From Octopus vulgaris (taxonomy: Eukaryota), in assembly GCA_951406725.2 (NCBI GenBank), contig OX597816.1, forward strand, positions 27,218,001-27,282,000: 64,000 nt of DNA, read 5' to 3'. The notes below the pieces were generated by a model, which saw nothing but the letters and a program-made list of their open reading frames with translations, ran no database searches and was not told the DNA's origin. A program made the translations under genes and the position numbers. Shown one piece after another: positions 49,536 through 60,400 of this stretch (positions are counted from its first letter, which is position 1; each line of letters opens with the position of its first letter).

Positions 49536-52500
49536 ATTTAGGATGAAATTGTGTTCCGGTTAAAGTTGTGTTTCAATCAAGAAATAGAACTATTAAAGGG
49601 GCCACATGATAGTGTTGAAGGAGAAAAGGTTCACAGTGATGAGTCCCTCTGTTTATGGGCTGAGACGAGAGTCATGCCAAAACTGACCAGTGTCCTTCGT
49701 GGGTAAGTTCCTCTTTGCTTTTGAATGTGGAATTAGGTGCTGTATAAATAAATGGTTCAGAATACTGGGTTTCCAGCCCTGCAAATGGATTGAAGATGTG
49801 TGTTTCACCATAAAAGTAATTGTGGCATCTGTAAATGGCTGAATGCTCTTGTATTCCAAGTTAGACATCATTATTATCTTAATTGTAACACCTGTGTCAT
49901 ACTTTAGGTAAATTATTACACATTTGGTTTTATTATTGATTTTACTGTAGAAGTTAAATGTCTGACTTTTTTTTTCTGGTTACAGTCTTGGTCAAAAACA
50001 CCAAACTTATGGCCTTGTTGTACGTTTAGCCAAGCGCTGGCTCTCAGCCCATTTCTTATCTGATGACATTCCTGCTATAGCAATTGAGTTGCTGGTGGCA
50101 AGTCTGTTTTTAGAGCCTTATCCATTTGAAGTACCACGGTAAGTTATTGTTTCTTCTTTATAAGTTTTTCTCTAAATAAATAAAACGATAATGATAATAG
50201 AAGCAAAGGAAGTGCTATTTTCATCTGTCTTGATTTTAGAGTTACCACTTTAGCACTTTTTATCATATGTCATTTCAATTAACATTACTATAAAATTTAA
50301 TAGACATAGGCGCAGGAGTGGCTGTGTGGTAAGTAGCTTGCTTACCAACCACAATAATAATTGAAGGGTTAATTACACATGTATTTTTAAGTTGATATTT
50401 ATTTTCATTTGTTCATTTTCGGTTGGCTTGAGGTTATCATTGAAGACACCTGTCCAAGGTGACACACAATGGAAATGAACTTTATTAAGCATACCTCTGT
50501 GCCTTCAGGTGCATGTGTGTATGTCTGTATTTGTCTGTATATGTGTGTATGTATATATTTGTCTGTATATGTGTGTATGTATATCTTTCTTTTTTCTTTT
50601 TACTTGTTTCAGTCATTTTGACTGCGGCCATGCTGGAGCACCGCCTTTAATCGAGCAACTCGACCCTGGGACTTATTCTTTGTAAGCCCAGTACTTATTC
50701 TATTGGTCTCTTTTGCTGAACCGCTAAGTGACGGGGACATAAACACACCAGCATCGGTTGTCAAGCAATGATAGGGGGACAAACACAGACACACAAACAT
50801 ACACGCACATACATATATATATATACATATATACGACGGGCTTCTTTCAGTTTCCGTCTACCAAACCCACTCACAAGGCTTTGGTTGGCCCGAGGCTATA
50901 GTAGAGGACACTTGCCCAAGGTGCCAGACAGTGGCACTGAACCCGGAGCCATGTGGTTGGTAAACAAGCTACTTACCACACAGCCACAAAATAATATTTT
51001 TTGCTCTTGTATTTGAATTTTTTCATGTTCAACTGTTTCTAAAATGAAATCCCTTTTAACAGGGGATCAATTTGTGGCTTCCTTCGTTTCCTGTACTTGG
51101 TGTCAACATTTGACTGGGCAACAAGTCCATTCTTTGTCAACTTAAACAATGAATACTCAGGTAAGTGACTATCTTAATTATTTTTTTCTTTTTACAACTC
51201 ATTATTTCATAGTGTGTGAATCTGTATCTTTGTTATTCTAATACTTATTTTTCTACCATCAGCTTAATGGGAACCATGACAGAACATCTGCCTGTGTGTC
51301 TGTAATGTCTTATCTGTATGACACTGCCATCAGAACATTTTGTCCTGCCTTTGAGATTCTATATTTTGATCATCTAGACCAGTGGTTCTCAACTGGGGTC
51401 TGTATAGTCCTTGAGGGTCCATATAAGATTTTGTTGTTAAAATTTATCTGCAATGAACTAGTTATACTTCTGCAATACACAAAATATTCTAACAATTTTT
51501 CTATTACAATTCCTAATAATATTTAATTATAAAAATATAGTAGGATTTTTGGATCTTTTCTGTTTGAACGGCAGTTTTTTCTAGCGGTGTCATATGAAAT
51601 TGTCACCCATAATTATGACCCTAGTATCGATTTATTGCATTTCAATTTCTGTTAGGGTTAGGGGTGGGGAGAAGGGTATCTTTTTTTCTTCACAAATGTA
51701 AATAAACCTAATCTGTTTCTTAAACGAGGGACATATTCATACGGCACAGAATGCTTTTTACCTCAATAGACGTCAGTGATTGGTTGAAATTGAAGAAAAA
51801 AACCCAAATATCTTACAAACTATAGAATTTTTTCAATAAAGCCAAGAGAAAAAGATGTTTTATAAACACATTCTACCAGTATACGAAGTTTAAAATTTTT
51901 TAGTTACATGGAAATTATGTTAAAAACTGCCGTTCAAACCGAAAAGGTCCAGATTTTTTAAACATAAAATGGATAGTAGGGTCCATCTGAGTAAAATAGG
52001 AATCAAAAGGAGTTCATAGGTAAAAAAATGGTTAAGAAACACTGATATAGACTGTACCATTGGACTGGATTCCATAGTGTACCAAATTTATTCAAGTATA
52101 ATACATACTTTTTCAACTTTTTGAAACTAAATTTTAGAAGTGCACATTATATACAAGATCTAAATATTCACCATTATCCTCAATCAAATGTTTCGCTATA
52201 TTACTACAATAATGTTACAATTTTTTGTGATAATGATGATGTACTGTTGAGTTACTGTTATCGGTCTTCAATATAGAAGGTTATAATATAATAATTTCAT
52301 TATTGAAAATACAATATTAATTATTTGTACGAGGTGTTTTAACCTGGGTTTTATGGATCATAATTAATAGTGTGCATCATACATGAGTCAAGCTGGCAGA
52401 AATGTTAGCGTGCCGGGCGAAATGCTTAGTGGTATTTCGTCTGTCGTTACGTTCTGAGTTCAAATTCCGCCGAGGTCGACTTTGCCTTTCATCCTTTCGG

Positions 52501-55500
52501 GGTCGATAAATTAAGTACCAGTTACGCACTGGGGTCGATGTAATCGACTTAATACCTATGTCTGTCCTTGTTTGTCCCCTCTGTGTTTAGCCCCTTGTGG
52601 GTAATAAAGAAATATATATGAATATATACAGTAGGTTTGGTACTAAAAACGTGAAGAATAAAAAGGATTTAAACTATCAAAATATGTAAGCAAAACATGG
52701 TGAATTCATTCTCTTTGATATTTTGGCTTCTTTAGAATTCAGTAGAGAAAGTGGACATGTTATTATTGGTCAATGGTCATTTTGTGTATGTTGGCTGTAA
52801 GTATTGCAGAGGTGGTGGCACGTAATAAGCACCCACTACACTCTCGGAGTGGTTGGCGTTAGGAAGGGCATCCAGCTGTAGAAACTCTGCCAGATCAAGA
52901 TTGGAGCCTGGTGCAATCATTTGGCTCGCCAGCCCTCAGTCAAAATCGTCCAACCCATGCTAGCATGGAAAGCGGACGTTAAACGATGATGATGTAAGGA
53001 ATTTTGGGGCACTTCTTGTTTTTATACTTTTCATATCCTCATGTCATTTCATATTTGTTTGAATATATATTTTGCAGGGGCAGAAATTAGCCAAATTAAA
53101 GCAGACTTCAGTGTTCGAACAAGTTTTCCTCCTATGACAATTTGCATCCCTCTCGACAAAGAAGTGGTTTCGTTTTGGACTCGTGAAAAGCCTAACCAGA
53201 TGATGCTAAATCGCTTAATTTTGATTGCCAAACAGTCATTGCGTACATTACAAGAGACGTTGATACAGCCAGGTAGTGATTTAAAGGTGAGCTTTTTAAT
53301 AGTAATTTCTTTTATTCTTTCATCATCATCATCGTTTAACGTCCGTTTTCCGCGCTAGCACGGGTTGGACGGTTCGACCGGGATCTGGGAAGCCAGGGGC
53401 TGCACCAGGCTCCAGTCTTGATCTGGCAGTGTTTCTACAGCTGGATGCCCTTCCTAATGCCAACCACTCCGCGAGTGTAGTGGGTGCTTTTTACGTGCCA
53501 CCTGCACAGGTGCCAGGGGGGTTTGGCATCGGCCGCGATAGGCTGGTGCTTTTAACATGCCACCGGCACGGAAGCCACGTTTGGATGGTGCTTTTTATGT
53601 GCCACCGGCACAAATATAAATTTAAGAGACTAACAATGGAGAATGGGGGTTAGGTTATTCAGTGGTTCTCAATTGGGGTCCATATAGCCCTTGAGGGTCC
53701 ACATAAGGTTTTGTTAAAATTTATCTGCAATAAATTAGTTACACTTCTACAATACATGAAATATTAAAATTTTTTTTAATATAATTCCTAATCATATTTA
53801 ATTATAAAAATATAATAGGATTCTTTGAAACATCAAATGACCGAGGGTCCACCTGAGTAATATAAGAATTGAAAGGCTCCATAAGAAAAATTTGTTGATG
53901 ACTGGCATCCGTGCTAGTGGGGTGCAAAGAGCACCATATGAGTGTGATCGTTGACAGAGTGGCTAACCGGCTTCCATGCCAGTGGCACATAAAAGGCACC
54001 ATTCCAGTGTGATCGTTACCAGCGTCGCCTTACTGGCACTTGTGCCTGTGCTAGTAGGGTGTTAAGAGCACCACCCGAGCGTGATCGTTGCCAGAGCAGC
54101 TAACTGGCTTCTGTGCTGGTGGCACGTAAAAGGCGCCATTCGAGTGTGATCGTTACCAGCGTCGTCTTACTGGCACCTGTGCCGGTGGCATGTATAAAAA
54201 GATTAGAGCAAGGTCGTTGCCAGTACCGCCTGACTGGCACATAAAAGCACGCACTACACTCTCGGAGTGGTTGGCTTTAGGAAGGGCATCCAGCTGCCAG
54301 ATCAAGATTGGAGCCTGGTGCAGCCATCTGGTTCGCCCTCAGTCAAAATCGTCCAACCCATGCTCACACACACACACAAACTGCTTTCGGTTTCCATCTG
54401 TCAAAGTTTTGGTTGGCCTGAGGCTATAGTAGAAGATGCTTACCCAAGATGCCATTGAGTGCAACTGAACCTAGAACCATGGGGTTGGAAAGCAAACTTC
54501 TTACCACATAGCCATCTTTGTGCCAAGAGGGTGAACTGAGGAAAGTCTGGTTACTGTTCAGTTTAAGTGACCACCATGCAGACTGTCCTATTTCTGCATG
54601 AATTAATATTGTCATATCTGAATAATAAATCTCCATGTTTATATAATATAATCATGGAAATTATAGCTGTGATACCAGTGCTGGTGGCACGTAAACGAAC
54701 TATCCAAATGTGTCCGTTGCCAGCCTTGCCTGGCCCCCGTGCCAGTGGCACGTAAAAAGCACCATCTGATCGTGGCCGTTTGCCAGCCCCGTCTGGGACG
54801 TAAAAAGCACCCACTACACTCACGGAGTGGTTGGCGTTAGGAAGGGCATCCAGCCGTGGAAACATTGCCAGATCAGACCGGGTCTGGTGCAGCCTTCTGG
54901 CTTCCCAGACCCCAGTTGAACCGTCCAACCCATGCCTGCATGGAAAGTGGATGCTAAATGATGATGATGATGATGAATCATTTGACAGTTATTTCTTAAT
55001 TCAATCATAAAAGTTGGTGACCTGGCAGAATCATTAGCACACCAGTCAAAATGCTTAGCAGCATTTCATGTGTCTCCATGTTCTGAGTTCAAGTTCTGCC
55101 AAGGTTGATTTTTGCTTTTCCTCCTTTTAGAGTTGATGAAGTAAATACCAGTTGGGCCCTGGGGTTGATGAGATTGACTAGCCCTCTGCTCCAATATTTC
55201 AAGCCTTGTGCCTTCAGTAAAAAAAAACCAAAAAAAAAAACTTCAATCACCTTGGTATCTTTTATATCTATTTTAGAAAATATTCCGCTCATCTGTGGAA
55301 CCATTTGATGTGGTTATTCATTTAAAACATGACCAAGAAGCTAGTCCAGGTCAAGCTATTGACTCCATTGGCAGAAGGAATTACCCAGCATTTCTTAGCA
55401 ATCCTTCCAATCTTCCAATTATTGATTACCAACCAAAACAGCTTTTCATGAAAGATCTCAGGGTATGTTCTTTTACTTAATTTCACTTAATTTCTTTTAC

Positions 55501-57431
55501 TTAATTTCACAAAGTTAATGTCTTTTGTCTCCTTATATTCTGTAGATACATCAACTCTAACTGTACAGCTACATGATCAAAAGAATTCCATCTTAATATA
55601 TCTGGCTTGGAGGCGCAATGGCCCATGGTTAGGGCAGCGGACTCGCGGTCGTAGGATTGCGGTTTCGATTCCCAGACTGGGCGTTGTGTGTGTTTATTGA
55701 GCGAAAACACCTAAAAGCTCCACGAGGCTCCAGCAGGGGGTGGTGATCCCTGTTGTACTCCTTCACCACTCTTTCTCTCACTCTTTCTTCTGTTGGCCTG
55801 CTTGCTTAGCCAGCGGGGTGGCGTCATTTGAAGGCTAAAAGAATGCGAACGCATTGTGACCAGAGATGTGTAGCAACATCTGATGGTCTGGTCGGTCACG
55901 TGATATCTGGCTTATAAGATAGAGGATGCAAATGAATGGAAATTTGGCTGCTATTTTTAGTAGATCATATGACTGCATGAGTTCCCTTGGTTTGTAGTTT
56001 TGCAGCTATCATTTGATGCGATCAGATTGTATAGCAGAATTTTTACAGTGTATATGTGGATGTCAGAGGGTGTGTGTGTGTGTACAGTCAAGTGAAATCC
56101 TGGTCATTGCAAGCGCTGGTGACATGTAAAAGACACCCAGTATGGAGTGGTTGGCATTAGAAAGGATATCCAACTGTTGAAACTAAGCCAAAACAGACTG
56201 GAACCTAGTACAGATCTCCGGCTTACCAGTTCCAGTCAAACTGTCTAACCCATGCCAGAATGGAAAATGGATGCTAAATGCTGCTGCTGCTGATTAATGT
56301 ATGTATATGTCTATTTGTGTATGTGTGTGTGTGTGTATAAATATATGTATGTATTATATAAATTAAATTAGAGATAAAAACCACTATTAGGCAACTCAAA
56401 CAGTGATTGACATAAACCAAAAAATAATATAATATACAATATATATATATAAAATTTAAAATTTAAATTATTAAAATTTGAAATTTGCAAATTTATATTT
56501 ATAGATTATTATATTTTTATATTTTTTGAATTTTTAGATTTTTAAAAAAATTTTATTTAAATTTTTTTTTTACTAACCCAAAAGTATAAAAAAAAATTAT
56601 AAATAAAGATTTTTAAAAAAATTAAAAATTTAAAAAATATAAAAATATAATAATTTATAAATATAAATTTGAAAATTTCAAATTTTAATAATTTAAATTT
56701 TATATTTTATATATATATTATATTAATTTATTTTTTGTTTTTTATGTTTTGGTTTATGTCTATCACTGTTTGAGTTGCCTAATAGTGGTTTTATCTCTAA
56801 TTTAATTTATATTTATAGTGTGAAATTTAATTTAATCCTAAATCTAATTTTTCCTTGTAAGTTTGGATATACTCCCTAATATTATTATTATGTATTTATA
56901 CATATATATATATATATAAAAATGAAAGAATGGAGTTGAACGACAAATTAACAAAATTCCTTTATTTTATTTTCGACATGTTTCGAAGGACTGCATATTC
57001 CTAATTTTTAAGGAATAAGGGGTGCATTATGCCGCCTTCTCATCAGGAAAAGTAAGGAACTTATGTCAGCATCAAGATGCACAAAAATTTTTAGATGTCG
57101 CTATGGGCTCTGTGTGGGCAGACATCTAAAAATTTTTGTGCATCTTGATGCTGACATAAGTTCCTTACTTTTCCTGATGAGAAGGCGGCATAATGCACCC
57201 CTTATTCCTTCAAAACATATGTCGAAAATAAAATAAAGGAATTTTGTTAATTCGTCGTTCAACTCCATTCTTTCATTTATTTGTATTCAAAAAAACACAC
57301 AAATTTCCACACGATAGCACGTGATCTCTGCCCTAGGCATGTAGCTTCAACCGTGTTTTTCTGACGTGAATTTGCTACCCAGGTATCGGTTAACCGAATT
57401 ATCCATAATAAGATAATTCATTCAACTACTC

Positions 57432-57475
<44 letters not shown>

Positions 57476-60400
57476 CATGTTTACGCATTGAAAAATTAAC
57501 ACTTGAAAATTTTTCAGTATTTATGATTATATTTCAGTGGAAACAGCTTTATGTTAAAGCTATGAGATTTTGATGACATAGTTGTTTATTTGTAGAATGA
57601 TATTGTGGGATAGGTGTGAGAAGCTGGATCTGGCTTGTTTGAACATAGAACAGGTAGAATATTTGGACTGGATATAGCTGGTTTAAATGCTAAAGCAAAT
57701 CAGAGGAAGATTGAATGGCTACAGCTGGAAACTGTTTTGATCATAGATAAATCTACTGCATCAGAACTAAGTTGGAGCTAAACAGACAATAATTACTGCA
57801 AGTACCTGAGCATATGAGGGGAAGGAGATCCTTAAATTACAATCTGTCATCTAAAAGTAGCATGGATAATTGCATAATGTAGCTATACTCTCTTAAATAT
57901 GAGATAGGTGGCACGTAAAAGGCACCATCCAATCGTGGCTGTTGCCAGCCTCGCCTGGTCCCTGTGCCGGTCGCACGTAAAAAGCCCCACCCGACTGTGT
58001 CCGTTGCCAGTGCCGCCCCGACTGGCCTCCGTGCCGGTGGCACGTAAAAAAGCACCATCCGATCGTGGCCGTTGCCAGCCTTGCCTGGCCCCCATGCTGG
58101 TGGCACGTAAAAAGCACCATCCGATCGTGGCCGTTGCCAGCCTTGCCTGGCCCCCGTGCTGGTGGCACGTAAAAAGCACCATCCGTCTGTGGCCGTTTGC
58201 CAGCCCTGTCTGGCACCTGTGCGGGTGGCACGTAAAAAGCACCCACTACACTCATGGAGTGGTTGGCGTTAGGAAGGGCATCCAGCCGTAAAAACACTGC
58301 CAGATCAGACTGGGCCTGGTGCAGCCTACTGGCTCCCCAGACCCCTGTTGAACCGTCCAACCCATGCTAGCATAGAAAGCGGACGCTAAATGATGATGTG
58401 ATGGTCATAGTTGGAACATCTATCATTATAGGTTTGCTGGTTACAGAATAATCAAAGACTAAATCACAGAAAGAAATCAACTGTACCAGTGATTGAATGG
58501 GGGGGGAGGGATAATGGCTGTAATGGAGCCACCTATATTAATGTTTCTTTTTGGTTTGTTTTGCTGTTTTGGCTTTTGTGTCAACCTCTTGGTGGACATC
58601 AGTGTCAACATATTGGTGTCATCACAGAATTGTTATTGATTTTTTAAGTATTTTTTTTTCAGGAAACATTTGGTCACCTTGCTTTGTTTTATAGTGATGA
58701 ATACAGTAGCAGTGTGATAGGAGTTTTATGGAGACCTAACATATTTAAACCTCAAGGGTTCAAGGTATGTTGTTGCTTTATACATCTAATGTAGTGGTGA
58801 GTATTTGGAAGGATGATTGAATGTGTGTTGAGTGGTAGAGTCCTTAAATCTGTTATACAGGGTTGACACTGATTGACTATTTCATACCTTCTATCATCAG
58901 CTTTAACACTTGACATCCTGTACAACACAAATCTGTGTATCTTTCACTCCTACATCATCTGGACCACCTGAATCAAGAATTTATATTGAAGGAAGTTATA
59001 AACTTGCTAATCTGAGGGGAAAAAGCTTTAAACCTTTCCTCCGTCGTTCATTTCATCATCATCATCGTTTAACGTCTGCTTTCCATGCTAGCATGGGTTG
59101 GATGGTTCAACTGGGGTCTAGGAAGCCAGAAGGCTGAACCAGGCCCAGTCTGATCTGGCAGTGTTTCTACAGCTGGATGCCCTTCCTAATGCCAACCACT
59201 CTGTGAGCGTAGTGGGTGCTTTTTACGTGCCGCCAGACGAGGCTGGCAACGGCCATGATCGGATGGTACTTTTTACGTGCCAACGGCCACGATTGGATGG
59301 TGCTTTTTACGTGCCACCGGCATGGAGGCCAGATGAGGCTGGCAATGGCCACGATCGGATGGTGCTTTTTATGTGCCACCGGCACGGAGGCCAGTCGAGG
59401 TGGCGCTGGCAACGGCCACATTCGGATAGTTCTCTTACGTGCCACCAGCACTGGTATCACAACTTCAATTTCCATTGATTTTGATCGATTTCGAATTTGA
59501 TTTACCTTCTGTAATATTTGGTATTAGAATACACCTGTTGCTGAATTTTTGTGATATATTTTTGGAGGAGTTTTTGTCACTTTGTGAATATCTGTGTGTT
59601 TTTAAAGAGAGTAATTCAGCTTGTAAATTTCATGAGGAAAATGCTACAAAAATGGAAAAGAATTTTTTTGTTTGTATGTCCATATCTGTAACTAATTACA
59701 TTTATTACTAGTGTCTCTCTTTACTGTCATTTTTGTCTGTTTTTTTTTTTTTGTTGTTATTATATAATTAATTAACAATTACACATGCATAATGTTGTTT
59801 TAGTACAAATTATTTACATCTAAAAACACAAACAAGACTTTTCAGCAATAATGCCAAAAGTTATTTTTTCCTCAGTTGTTACTATGAGTTTGCAACAGGA
59901 TGTTAAGAATTGACATCTTGTCAATTTTCATGATAATCTGACCAGAAAAATATACAAAATAAAGTATTTTCTTCTTGATTGTTAGTTGTCTGAGTTTTCA
60001 TTAGGATGTTCAGAGTTGATAACTTTTATATTTCTTGTTTTGCCTCGGATCTTTTCGGTTTGAACGGCAGTTTTTTCTAGCGGTGTCATATGAAACTGTC
60101 ACCCATAATTATGACCCTAGTATTGATCTATTGCATTTCAATCTATTTTAGGGTTAGGGGTGGGGGGAGGATATCTTTTTTGCTTCACAAATGTAAATAA
60201 ACCCAATCTGTTTTTTAAACGAGGGACATATTCATACGGCACAGACTGTTTTTTTTTTACCTCAATGGATGTCAGTGATTGGTTGAAATTGCAGAAATTG
60301 AAGAAAAACAACAACAAATATCTTCCAAACTATAGAATTTTCTCAATAAAGCCAAGAGAAAAAGATGTTTTATAAACACATTCTACCAGTATATGAAGTT

